In this document: positions 10,599 through 22,118 of the stretch, one piece after another | Layout: each line of letters begins with the position of its first letter | Numbering within the stretch: position 1 is the stretch's first letter | From: Prevotella sp. CAG:891 | GTDB taxonomy: Bacteria; Bacteroidota; Bacteroidia; Bacteroidales; Bacteroidaceae | Length of the DNA stretch: 64,000 bases | Assembly (NCBI GenBank): GCA_000437675.1 | Contig: FR901744.1 | Location: forward strand, 3,977-67,976 | Direction of reading: 5' to 3' | Position numbers and translations under genes: made by a program | Notes under the pieces: generated by a model | What the model was told of the DNA's origin: nothing | The model's input: only the letters and a program-made list of their open reading frames with translations | Database searches by the model: none

Positions 10599-10612
10599 AT
10601 AAAAACGTATTC

Positions 10613-11281
10613 TTAGTATAAAGACAAATTGGCAAGTGTCATTCCGGCATAAATGAATGAAGCTATAAGTACTATGACGCCGATGCTTCGGTTAAGTCGC
10701 ATTATGCCTCGAAGTCCGAATGAACTTTTCATTTTATTTATTATATATGTCAATCCTAACCACCAAATCATGGCACCAGCAACTATTGACAAATAGCCTA
10801 CACATTGTCCGAATAAATTGCCTGGAATGACAAATGTGAGCATATTGAACAATGCAATAAACAAGAAAATAATCAAGGGGTTCGATAATGTGACTAAGAG
10901 AGCTGTGGTAAAGTTATGCAATAAGGTACCACGCTTTTTCATAGACGGGCGTAGGCATTTTCGTGGATCGGTCCGAAACATGTAAATGCCAAAGCTAAAG
11001 AGCATAATGCTACCTATTAACTTCATCCAAAATATATTCTGCTCGTTGTCGATTATTTCCATAACAAACGACATACCGAATCCAGTGATAAGTGCATATA
11101 TTATATCACTTAATGCAGCGCCGGCACCAGTAACGATACCATAAGTGCGCCCTTTTTGTATGGTTCGTTGAATACATAAGATGCCAACAGGGCCCATAGG
11201 CGCTGAGGCTATTATTCCAACCATTAATCCTTTTATAATCAATAATAATGGGCTGGCAAATTCTACAAATATATTGTTCAT
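10613..11281 (-). CDS. LysE-family amino-acid exporter (membrane protein)
   Basis: 222 aa, about six hydrophobic segments, and an N-terminal pattern typical of LysE/RhtB translocators. Confidence 0.6.
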   Translation of the reverse strand: MNNIFVEFASPLLLIIKGLMVGIIASAPMGPVGILCIQRTIQKGRTYGIVTGAGAALSDIIYALITGFGMSFVMEIIDNEQNIFWMKLIGSIMLFSFGIYMFRTDPRKCLRPSMKKRGTLLHNFTTALLVTLSNPLIIFLFIALFNMLTFVIPGNLFGQCVGYLSIVAGAMIWWLGLTYIINKMKSSFGLRGIMRLNRSIGVIVLIASFIYAGMTLANLSLY

Positions 11282-11645
11282 GATGATGTTTGAGCTCCTA
11301 AGAGGATAATCATTGCAGGTTGAGAAAAAAGTGCTTCTTTTTATCTGCTTTGGGTTAATTCAAGCTGCAACTGCGGTAATAGACTGTTGAAAGACTATTC
11401 GTGAAGCTTGATTTAGGCGAATCTATGTTCGCACAAGCAAAAGTACAGAATTTTAGGAGATTCTCAAAATAAAAGCCTTGGAAACTCCCATTGCTCAGGA
11501 TTTATTCTGTTTACTTTTTCTCAGCTATGATAATGAAGCTGCTTAATTGTCGTATAAATTGGTGTTTGCTTCTTATCTACATCAATATGTCATATTAAAT
11601 GCGTAACTTCGCATAGTAAAACATTTATCAATAAACATTTTATTC

Positions 11646-13373
11646 ATGATAAAACACTATGTTCTACGAACCTTGTTTACATGGTTCGGTTTTTTGTGTT
11701 TGGCTAATCTTCTCCAAGCACAAGTTCCTACAAGTTATTATGCAGGGACAAAAGGTAAAAATGGAAGCGCTTTAAAAACGGCTTTTTATGGTATAATCAA
11801 CCATCACACAGAGCGAACTTATAATGATTTGTGGTCTGACTTTTACAAAACAGACGTTCGTGCTGACGGAAAGATTTGGGATATGTATTCCTGCATAACA
11901 AATTATGTTCCGGGCAAAGATCAAGCTGGTAATTATAGTAAAGAAGGTGATGTTTACAATCGTGAACATTCATTCCCTAAAAGTTGGTTCAATGATGCCA
12001 AGCCTATGTATTCTGACCTTTTTCATCTTTATCCTACGGATGGCAAGGTGAATGGTATGCGCAGTAACTTTCCGTTTGGTGAAACGAATGGTGAGAACTG
12101 GAAATCTGCCAAAGGTTTTAGTAAGTTAGGTAAATCCAAAACTCCGGGCTATTCTGGTACGGTGTTTGAACCCAACGATGAATACAAGGGCGACTTTGCA
12201 CGTACCTATTTTTATATGGCTACAGCCTATGAAGATAAGATAGCTTCATGGAACTCACCCATGTTATGCGGCGATCCCTATAAGGCTTATGCTCCATGGG
12301 CTCTTGAAATGTTGCTTCGCTGGGCGGCTGAAGATCCTGTTAGCGAGAAGGAAATCAAACGTAATGAGGCTGTATATAAAATTCAACACAATCGCAATCC
12401 TTTTATTGACTTCCCTGGGCTAGAACAGTATGTATGGGGTAGCAAAGTTGGCGTACCATTTGATCCGAATAATTATGACGGATCAGAAACACCAGAAGCT
12501 GCTGTGGCGAATCCTGTATTTAATCCTGCATCGGGAACTCTGCTGATTAAGGACGAAAAAGTAAGCATAACATGCGCTACGGCTGGTGCATCGATTGTTT
12601 ATTCACTCAATGGAGGGGCACAGCAAAGTAAACCTTCACCTGTTGAAGTCGTTATTAGTGAAAATACAACGATTACGGCTTATGCTACTTTAGAAGATAA
12701 AAAGAGCAATATGGTTACTGCTACTTATCGAGTAAAAGAAAACGTTGTTGGTGGCGAAGGAGCTTATTCATTAGTTTCGAATACTGCTGAACTTAAAGAT
12801 GGTTCTGAAGTGTTGATTGTAGCAAGAGAAGATTTGACAGCTATGGCATCACAAAATGAAGATATTCGTAGCTATGTTAAACTGAATGCCGCAGATGACG
12901 TCATTGAATCAGAAGTTAATGCTTCCAATCTTCCTTATGCATTTATATTGGAACAAGTGGAAAATAAATGGGCATTCTTCGATCAAGTCGATCAATTATA
13001 TTTGTCGTTGGACACAGATAAAAACAAACTTCATAGCAGCAAAACCTCAGATACCGACAAAGCTCAATGGACTGTTTCTGTAAGTCATCAGCAAGCACTT
13101 ATTCAGAACGTGCATTTCAGCAATCGTAGCATTCAGTATAACGCAAGTTCTCCCCGTTTCGCTTGCTATAAATCTGGGCAGAAACCTGTATCGTTGTATA
13201 TTAAAACCAAACCGTCTTCATTGACAGAAGTCGCAAATGGCAAAAATGAGCACTTCATTGTCTACGATTTAACTGGTCGTTACGTTACAATGGGCAAGAA
13301 CTGGACTGACGTAATCAATGCACTAAGCAAAGGTTTGTACATCATTAATGGAAAAAAGGTGTTGGTTCCTTAA
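11646..13373 (+). CDS. Secreted endonuclease I family nuclease with extra beta-rich domains and a T9SS C-terminal sorting domain
   Basis: Signal peptide, then REHSFPKSWF and NRNPFIDFP motifs of the endonuclease I (EndA/Vvn) family. The C-terminal ~80 aa end in GLYIINGKKVLVP, like a Por/T9SS CTD. Confidence 0.7.
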   Translation: MIKHYVLRTLFTWFGFLCLANLLQAQVPTSYYAGTKGKNGSALKTAFYGIINHHTERTYNDLWSDFYKTDVRADGKIWDMYSCITNYVPGKDQAGNYSKEGDVYNREHSFPKSWFNDAKPMYSDLFHLYPTDGKVNGMRSNFPFGETNGENWKSAKGFSKLGKSKTPGYSGTVFEPNDEYKGDFARTYFYMATAYEDKIASWNSPMLCGDPYKAYAPWALEMLLRWAAEDPVSEKEIKRNEAVYKIQHNRNPFIDFPGLEQYVWGSKVGVPFDPNNYDGSETPEAAVANPVFNPASGTLLIKDEKVSITCATAGASIVYSLNGGAQQSKPSPVEVVISENTTITAYATLEDKKSNMVTATYRVKENVVGGEGAYSLVSNTAELKDGSEVLIVAREDLTAMASQNEDIRSYVKLNAADDVIESEVNASNLPYAFILEQVENKWAFFDQVDQLYLSLDTDKNKLHSSKTSDTDKAQWTVSVSHQQALIQNVHFSNRSIQYNASSPRFACYKSGQKPVSLYIKTKPSSLTEVANGKNEHFIVYDLTGRYVTMGKNWTDVINALSKGLYIINGKKVLVP

Positions 13374-13425
13374 TATCTTTCATAAAATCCTTGACTAGGA
13401 ACTATACTTCAAGTTTGCTTTTTAT

Positions 13426-13476
13426 GCCGATTATTCTTTTTGTATCAATGCAAAGAATAATCGGCATATTTTTTAT
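13426..13476 (+). terminator. Rho-independent terminator of the nuclease gene
   Basis: Perfect 14-bp stem GCCGATTATTCTTT/AAAGAATAATCGGC, 12-nt loop, then ATATTTTTTATTT. Confidence 0.8.
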
Positions 13477-13520
13477 TTCTGAAACTAAAGGTTTTGTAGA
13501 ATGGTTATGGAGAACTTTGC

Positions 13521-14075
13521 CTCAGTCGCAAAAGCTTGTGGTAAAATTCAAACATGCATCCCAGGTTTCAGACAGGCCTATTAGCCTTACTTTCTGTTGT
13601 AACACGATCGATGTCAAAGAACGCTGAATGAATAAAATAAGGAATACTGTTTTTTCATCCGTCAAGGCTCATGTGCAGCTTATCAATGCTGTAGTGCTGC
13701 CTTTATTTCCGACTCCAAAGTCATTGCAAACCGAATGCAGAGTTAAGTAAGCTTGCTTGTATGAGCTATGCTGAGGTGAAGCCTGATTTCGCCGTAGGCA
13801 AAGATACAACAAGTACAACCCGAAATCCAAATTTTTTGGGCACCTAATATCGCAGCTCGAAAGTTTACCACACCTCCGAATGGACATTCAGCCCTTTATT
13901 TACGGGCATTTCAGTGCATTTTCCACACGCGAAAAAAATGAAATCGGGATATAACATTTTATCTCTTGCCGATTCTCAAAACGTACGAAGCAACAACGTT
14001 TTGCCTCACCCAAATGCTACAGCCACCACACCTTTTTACTGCTGGTTCGAACTTTCCCATTCAAAAATCACAGTC
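13521..14075 (+). repeat. R2 intergenic repeat, intact copy of ~550 bp. It carries a conserved hairpin CAAAACGT-N10-ACGTTTTG and a short ORF (MKSGYNILSLAD...) that is conserved in both copies.
   Basis: Roughly 85-90% identical to 38209-38550 plus 39057-39300. Confidence 0.7.
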
Positions 14076-14182
14076 GCTATGCAACTGTGGGTAAAAAGAA
14101 TTGGCCAAGATTATTGTAACCTAATAAATGGTTTACAAAAAATCTTGGCCAAAAACCTTTATGGTTATTCAGAATGAATTTA

Positions 14183-15532
14183 TCATTTTACCCAACCAGG
14201 ATATTGGAAGGAACAGTTTCTCCATTCAGGACTTATGCGGATATAAGTAGTTTGAATTTTCTCGCGAATCCATTTTTCGATTTTTTCTTCACGTCTTTTT
14301 CCGATGACTACATCGCGTAAAGTCTGAAAATCTTCAGTCATACTTGCATGATGTCCATCAATCCTGTTTTTAAGTTTGATGACAGCACAAACTACTTGTC
14401 CTTTTTCATTGGTCATTCTGAATGCACGTGAAACCTCGCCAACTTTCAGCGTATCAACAACCTTAGCAATGTCCTGAGGCAAATCTTTCATCTGAAAGCG
14501 TGAGCTGACCGACATGGTTTGCGGATTAACATTAGCCATTAAGCCATGGTTATTTCTGGTGTCTTTATCGTCAGACAAGGCTTGTGCAGCTGCATCGAAA
14601 GTAAATTTGTCAGCTCGAATATCATTTGCAATCGAATCTAAACGGGCTATACCTTTAGTAATTTCGTTTTCTTCGATGCGGGGTTTCAGAAGAATGTGAC
14701 GGACGTTAATTTTATCGCCACGTTTATCAATTAACTGAATAATGTGGAAACCATATTCAGTACGAACGATTTTTGAAACCTTTTTAGGATCGTTCAAACT
14801 GAATGCGACATTGGCAAATTCAGGCACCCATTGATTTCGGCCACTATAACCTAATTCTCCACCATTTCGTGCAGAACCATCTTCAGAGTAGAATTTTGCA
14901 AGGGTTGAAAATTCAGATTCTCCAGTGTTGATACGTCGAGCAAAATCGCGTAAACGTCCTTCGATACGTTCAATTTCAGCACGTGAAACTTTTGGCTCTG
15001 ATGTTATAATCTGCACTTCTACTTGTGTAGGAATGAAAGGCAAACTATCAGTTGGCACATTCTTAAAATATTCACGAACTTCAGCGGGAGTAGCTTTTAC
15101 GTTTTGAGCAATACTGCGCTGAACACTATGAACCATCTCACTTTCGCGAGCTTGTTTCTTCAAGATTTCGCGCATTTGCGAGATTTTACGACCCATGATT
15201 TGCTCTACAGCCTCGCGTGAACCATAAGTTTGGATATAGTTACTAATTTGTTCGTCAACGCCACGTATGATATCTCCCTCGCTTACGTTGATACTGTCAA
15301 GTTCTGCCTGGTGAAGGAATAACTTGTTTACTGCTAATTTTTCAGGAATTGTGCAATATGGGTTGTTAAAAGGACTTCCCATAAGCTCAGAGCTAATACG
15401 CATTTCCTCAACATCTGAAAGCAAAATGGGTTCGTCACCAACGATCCAAATGATTTCGTCTACTACATTCTTTTGTGCGAACATGGCACTTGGAAAGAGA
15501 GTAAGAAACGCAAAAAACAAATTCTTTATCAT
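14183..15532 (-). CDS. Peptidyl-prolyl cis-trans isomerase, parvulin (PpiC) type, SurA-like periplasmic chaperone
   Basis: Signal peptide MIKNLFFAFLTLFPSAMFAQ (start chosen at the internal ATG at 15532). SurA N-terminal domain plus a parvulin domain (GYSGRNQWVPEF...GFHII). Confidence 0.8.
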   Translation of the reverse strand: MIKNLFFAFLTLFPSAMFAQKNVVDEIIWIVGDEPILLSDVEEMRISSELMGSPFNNPYCTIPEKLAVNKLFLHQAELDSINVSEGDIIRGVDEQISNYIQTYGSREAVEQIMGRKISQMREILKKQARESEMVHSVQRSIAQNVKATPAEVREYFKNVPTDSLPFIPTQVEVQIITSEPKVSRAEIERIEGRLRDFARRINTGESEFSTLAKFYSEDGSARNGGELGYSGRNQWVPEFANVAFSLNDPKKVSKIVRTEYGFHIIQLIDKRGDKINVRHILLKPRIEENEITKGIARLDSIANDIRADKFTFDAAAQALSDDKDTRNNHGLMANVNPQTMSVSSRFQMKDLPQDIAKVVDTLKVGEVSRAFRMTNEKGQVVCAVIKLKNRIDGHHASMTEDFQTLRDVVIGKRREEKIEKWIREKIQTTYIRISPEWRNCSFQYPGWVK

Positions 15533-15659
15533 AAATGCGTTATAAATAATGTATCGCGCCATTATCGCAAGGGATAAGAGCTAAAATACAAGTGAAAAGG
15601 TAGTCTGAGCCGATTTTGCATTCAGTGAATAACGGCATGACTACCTTTAATCTGTTTTA

Positions 15660-17108
15660 TTATTGAATGGTTTTCAGTACTGCTTCGTCAATGCTGTATG
15701 TAAATTTCTTGCGCAGTTCCTCAACCCATTGCTTTTCCTTTGATAATTGGTAATCGCTAGTTACCTGTGCTTTTACGTCAAGGTATGATTTGGGTTGTTT
15801 CTGTACTTTTCCGCTTACGCCACTAACAGCAAAATCTTTCATTACCTTATTGTCTTCCTTGTTCTTGTTTAGTTTAAATGCGTAGGAATCAATGAAAGCA
15901 TTTTCACCAGCTTTGCACAAGTATGGACCACTAATGGCAACCGTAACAGAGTCTTTGTTGAACTGTTGTTTTAATTGTTTACGCCATTCTGTAGAGCCAT
16001 TTTTAGCAAATTTCTTCAGCATTTTTTTGACAGCCTTAGCCTGTCCAGCCTCCTTGCAATGGAATACGAAACCTTTGAATCGAGCTTCATCCCAAGCATA
16101 TTGCTTTTTGTGCGATTTATACCATTGTTCTAAGCCAACACTATCAGAGGCTGCAACGTCCCAAACCTGCTTTTTGCTGATTTCATATAACAAGAGTCCG
16201 TCATGATATTCTTGAATAAGATAGCGGAGCTCAGGATTATGGGCAATGTTTGCATTCATTACACTGTCGAGAACGGCATCGCGTGTAAGTTTTCCGTTCG
16301 AAGCTGCAACAATTTTGTTAATTCTGTATTCGCTTGAAGCCTCTTCAATGTTTTGTCGTTTGAGCATAGCCATGATGTCGGGCAACACTACATTATATTC
16401 ATCGAGCGGCTTTCGGTTGTCCATTTTGATGATATGATAACCAAAAGGAGACAATACAGGTTTTGAAATTTCGCCCGTTTTAAGTTCATAAGCAGCGTTT
16501 TCGAACTCTTTGACAAACGCTCCGGGACCAACCATTGGTAGTTTTCCACCTTTGACAGCACTTCCCGGATCATTGGAATACTGTTTAGCTAAGTCAGAAA
16601 AATCAGCACCCTGTTTCAGTGCTGCGTAAATAGAGTCTGCCTTCGCTTTGGCTTTATTTTTGTCAGCTTCTGTAGCTTTTTGATTGAGTTGAATAAGAAT
16701 GTGTGATGTTTCAATCAAATCTTTTCCACCCAAATTCTTCTTTGTGTTATCGTAAACAAGATGTGCTATAGAATCAATAAACTGCTTATCTACCATATAC
16801 GGAGTAAGCTGCATGTCACGATAAGTACGGAATTCTTGTTGAAAACTGCTTAAGGTATCTAGGCGTGCAGCTTCAGCTGCAGCTACTTTTAATTTGTAGT
16901 CGATAAACATCGGTACATATTCCTGTACAGTTTTCTTTTCTACAGCCCCTTCTACATTTCCGTTTTTGTGGAATGAGTATTCAAACTCAGATTTGGTTAC
17001 AGGCTTTCCATTGATTGTCATCAATATTGGGTCTGTTACCGACTGCGCCCCGGCTGAAACAGAGATAGCCAGGGCGAGAAGGGTTGAAAACAGATTCTTT
17101 TTTTTCAT
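15660..17108 (-). CDS. Peptidyl-prolyl cis-trans isomerase, parvulin type (second SurA/PpiD-like protein)
   Basis: Start set at MKKKNLFSTLLALAISVSAGAQ, which is a signal peptide. The 80-codon upstream extension in the ORF track overlaps guaB and is rejected. Parvulin motif FGYHIIK. Confidence 0.8.
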   Translation of the reverse strand: MKKKNLFSTLLALAISVSAGAQSVTDPILMTINGKPVTKSEFEYSFHKNGNVEGAVEKKTVQEYVPMFIDYKLKVAAAEAARLDTLSSFQQEFRTYRDMQLTPYMVDKQFIDSIAHLVYDNTKKNLGGKDLIETSHILIQLNQKATEADKNKAKAKADSIYAALKQGADFSDLAKQYSNDPGSAVKGGKLPMVGPGAFVKEFENAAYELKTGEISKPVLSPFGYHIIKMDNRKPLDEYNVVLPDIMAMLKRQNIEEASSEYRINKIVAASNGKLTRDAVLDSVMNANIAHNPELRYLIQEYHDGLLLYEISKKQVWDVAASDSVGLEQWYKSHKKQYAWDEARFKGFVFHCKEAGQAKAVKKMLKKFAKNGSTEWRKQLKQQFNKDSVTVAISGPYLCKAGENAFIDSYAFKLNKNKEDNKVMKDFAVSGVSGKVQKQPKSYLDVKAQVTSDYQLSKEKQWVEELRKKFTYSIDEAVLKTIQ

Positions 17109-17187
17109 GAATTGAAATAAAGTATTATTCAGTTGCAATAGAAAAACCTGAAAATAAAGTTTGACTATTGCAACTGAAATAAGAAGA

Positions 17188-18687
<1,500 letters not shown>

Positions 18688-19186
18688 TTATTGCGCACAA
18701 AATTAAGCATTTCTTTTCTTACTTGCAACATTGTTGGAATGCTTTTCTTGTTTTTTTTTTCGTGGTTGAGTGAACAGGCATCGTAAATGCTTGTTCTGCT
18801 GTTTTTTTCGCAACTTTATGCCATGAATGCCGTTTATTTTCCAAGAGTACCTTTTCTAGTAGATTGTGCCTTGAGGGGGTATGGTGCTCATTTTCTTACT
18901 TCGCGCGTATAAATTTGCATTGTCATGTTGTTATCCTTTACAAAAAACTTCGACGCACCTTGATTGTGCTGTGTTTTCGCTTTCTGAGTAAAATCTTCTG
19001 ATTTAGGTTCTGTAGGAATAGTATGTGTTGTATGGTTATTATTAGTCAGTTTGCTTACTTTTTATGGGTTGTAAATTATATAAATGTTTGTATGTGTACT
19101 ATAATAAATGTAATTATCTGATTCTCCGCACATTTTGCTTCAAAGGCTAAATGATTGTTCGAATCTCCGCACTTTTGGGAATTTCT

Positions 19187-19280
19187 AAAGTGTTGGTTAT
19201 CAGTAGTTTCACGATTGTCAAAACAAGCTCGGAACTAAATTCAATTAGCTCGGAACTAATTCACACAGTCGCGGAGTAAT
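19187..19280 (-). repeat. Tandem-repeat element, truncated copy 2 in inverted orientation (two units plus the hairpin region)
   Basis: Its reverse complement, ...AATTAGTTCCGAGCTAATTGAATTTAGTTCCGAGCTTGTTTTGACAATCGTGAAACTACTGATAACCAAC..., aligns with the 3' half of the arrays in copies 1, 3 and 4. Confidence 0.65.
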
Positions 19281-19609
19281 TTTTTACGATAGGCTGGTGT
19301 GGGGCTGTATCCCGGGAATCTGGCAAATAATGGCTATGTGCTTTTTGTATAATTTTGCTTTTGTGGAATTAGTCTTTTTATAATTATAGTGTGTTAGCAA
19401 TGATGCTGTATAAGAATGATATGCCATACTTTTCTGCTGTTATGTGTGCAGAATCAGCTCAGTGCGGATGTTAGAATTTACGAGGCTGCACGATATGTAA
19501 GTATAAAGAAAATCCCCGAATCAAGTTTGTGAATACTTGTCGGGGATGAATGTATATCAGTATATGTTCGTTGCTGACAACTGTTTGTCTGTTTTATGCA
19601 AGTGAGGTA

Positions 19610-22078
19610 TCAACCCAAGATTGTGAAACGTGCAAATTTCACGAGTAAGTTTTTGATGCCAGCATCATCAAACTCAACTCTTATTTTTGCATTTTCGCCT
19701 GTACCCTCTGTTCCAATCAAAGTGCCAGAGCCGAAGCGTTCGTGTTTAATTCGGATTCCAGGTTTTAATTGGTCGGTTTTAATTGATGAATTTGCGTTCG
19801 TCGTGTTTGCGGAACATCTGTTCACGCGTTTGAATCCTAAGGGAGGCGGTACGGGAGCTACACTTTTGGGAAAGTAGGGTTCTTTGCGGTAGCGGTTGTA
19901 ATCATTGTAGGAATTGTCATAGTTGTTCGATTCTCTTTTACCTTGCATGGCACTTCTGAAATCGTCCTCGTTGGGCGAACCGAAAAAATCATCGAAGTGG
20001 CGGGCCTTATCAAATCCACCATAGCTATTTTTTTGTACAAATGAATCGCGTCTGCTACTCAATGATTCACGTTGGGTGCTGTTTGATGCAGATATCTGCC
20101 GCGGTCTGTCAGTTCTTTGGAGATACTGCTCGTCGATTTCGTCAATGAAAGGGCTAGGATCGCAGAACTGAAATTGTCCGTATCGATAGCGCGAATGGGC
20201 ATAACTTAAGTAGCAAAAGCGTTTTGCACGTGTTACAGCTACATAGAATAATCGGCGTTCTTCTTCCAGTTCCTTAGGATAAACGCGGGCATTTGCGTTC
20301 GGAAAAAGATCTTCTTCAAGTCCAGTTATAAATACCGCATCGTATTCCAAACCTTTCGCCGAGTGTATAGTCATGAGTGTAACTTTCGGCTGGTTGTCAT
20401 TGTTATCTTCAGTATCGGTTAATAGCGAAACTGTGGCTAAGAATTCAGCCAATGAAACGTATTTTCTGGATTCGCTTTCGTATATGTCTTTTTCGTAAGA
20501 CTGAATGGAACCTAAGAACTCGTCAATGTTTTCCTGTCGAGAAATGCTTTCTGCTGATTTCTCTGCAGAAATGTCTGCTGCAATCCCACTTTTTGTAATG
20601 ATTTCGCGAGTTATGGTTGAGGCAGTGCTTTTTTCAGATTTTTCGCGGAAAGTTAGAATCATTTCGCAAAATGTTGCGAGTTTTTTTCTGGCCGCAGGAG
20701 CTAACTTAATGCCAAATACTTCAGGATTACAAGCCACTTCCCATAAACTTGTGTTGCCGTTAATGGCTGCAATATGGAGTTTTTGCAAGGTCGTATTGCC
20801 TATTCCGCGTGCTGGATAGTTGACGATGCGTTTGAATGCTTCCTCGTCGTCAGTGTTGACTACTAAACGTAAATAAGCTAAAACGTCTTTGATTTCTTTA
20901 CGCTGATAGAAAGATAATCCTCCGTAAATGCGATAGGGAATGTTGTACGATTGAAATGTTTCTTCAAACGAACGGCTTTGAGCATTTGTTCGGTAGAGTA
21001 GGGCAATATCGTTGTAATCGGTACCTTTCTGTTGTTTAAGTTTGATGATGTGGCGGGCAACTTTTTGAGCTTCTTCCTTGTCTGTTTGTGAATCAAACAC
21101 TAGAATTTTCTCGCCAAATTCGCCCGACGCATAAACTTTCTTGGGAATTTGATTGCGATTGTTTTTGATGATGCTATTAGCTGCTTCGACTATGCATTGC
21201 GTTGAACGGTAATTACATTCCAACTTGATTAGGCGGGCAGTGGGATATTGCTGCTGAAAGTTCAAAATATTGCTGATATCTGCACCGCGAAATCCATAAA
21301 TGCTTTGTGCATCATCGCCAACCACACAAATGCGCGATTCCTTATTAGTTAATAGACTGAGAATGCGATGTTGAGCCATGTTGGTGTCTTGATACTCATC
21401 AACGAGAATATAACTGAATCGTTGTTTGTAGCGTTCACGTACTTCCTCATTATCGCGCAAAAGCAAAAATGTGTTGAGTAGCAAATCATCAAAGTCCATG
21501 GCTGCAGCCGCTTTCAGTCGTTGCTGGTAGACTGTGTAGATTTTATGTGTTTGCTCAATTCCTTCAGTATAGTCGCGTCGTTGGATGCTGGCATCATTGG
21601 CATACTGTCCTGGTAATATCAGGTGGTTCTTGGCTTCTGAAATGCGATTGGCAATCAGGTTGGGTTTGTATTTTTTATCGTCTAAACCGAACTCTTTGAT
21701 GATGGTTTTGATCAGAGACTTAGAATCGCCTGAGTCATAAATGGAAAAATCAGCAGGATAGTCTATGTACTCGTGTTCCATGCGAAGTAACCGGGCAAAC
21801 AGGCTGTGAAATGTTCCGCTCCATAGGCCGTTGGCATTTTGTTCGGCACATATCATAGCAATTCTTTCGTTCATTTCGTGGGCAGCCTTGTTAGTAAAGG
21901 TAAGGGCAAGGATGCTCCATGGTTCATAACCATTTTGCAAAAGATAGGCTATTTTATAGGTAAGAACTCGCGTTTTGCCAGAACCTGCTCCGGCTATGAC
22001 CAGAGATGGACCGTCGCAGTAGGTTACAGCCTCGAGTTGGGATGCGTTAAGAGATGATGAAAAAACAGATAAATCCAT
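19610..22078 (-). CDS. UvrD/PcrA/Rep-family ATP-dependent DNA helicase with a low-complexity linker and C-terminal Tudor-like domain
   Basis: Walker A AGAGSGKTRVLT, helicase motifs throughout, and a C-terminal GIRIKHERFGSGTLIG typical of the UvrD/PcrA C-terminal domain. Confidence 0.88.
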   Translation of the reverse strand: MDLSVFSSSLNASQLEAVTYCDGPSLVIAGAGSGKTRVLTYKIAYLLQNGYEPWSILALTFTNKAAHEMNERIAMICAEQNANGLWSGTFHSLFARLLRMEHEYIDYPADFSIYDSGDSKSLIKTIIKEFGLDDKKYKPNLIANRISEAKNHLILPGQYANDASIQRRDYTEGIEQTHKIYTVYQQRLKAAAAMDFDDLLLNTFLLLRDNEEVRERYKQRFSYILVDEYQDTNMAQHRILSLLTNKESRICVVGDDAQSIYGFRGADISNILNFQQQYPTARLIKLECNYRSTQCIVEAANSIIKNNRNQIPKKVYASGEFGEKILVFDSQTDKEEAQKVARHIIKLKQQKGTDYNDIALLYRTNAQSRSFEETFQSYNIPYRIYGGLSFYQRKEIKDVLAYLRLVVNTDDEEAFKRIVNYPARGIGNTTLQKLHIAAINGNTSLWEVACNPEVFGIKLAPAARKKLATFCEMILTFREKSEKSTASTITREIITKSGIAADISAEKSAESISRQENIDEFLGSIQSYEKDIYESESRKYVSLAEFLATVSLLTDTEDNNDNQPKVTLMTIHSAKGLEYDAVFITGLEEDLFPNANARVYPKELEEERRLFYVAVTRAKRFCYLSYAHSRYRYGQFQFCDPSPFIDEIDEQYLQRTDRPRQISASNSTQRESLSSRRDSFVQKNSYGGFDKARHFDDFFGSPNEDDFRSAMQGKRESNNYDNSYNDYNRYRKEPYFPKSVAPVPPPLGFKRVNRCSANTTNANSSIKTDQLKPGIRIKHERFGSGTLIGTEGTGENAKIRVEFDDAGIKNLLVKFARFTILG

Positions 22079-22118
22079 TAATCAAATGTTTCTTGCTTGT
22101 TGACCTGTCACAGTGCTT

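Noticed and set aside
13391-13627. 78-aa ORF at the start of the R2 region, and the 87-aa ORF 38312-38575 in the paralogous copy
   Set aside because: The two paralogous DNA copies do not preserve these reading frames, because indels shift the frame. Only the downstream MKSG frame is conserved, and it is reported separately as a low-confidence candidate.
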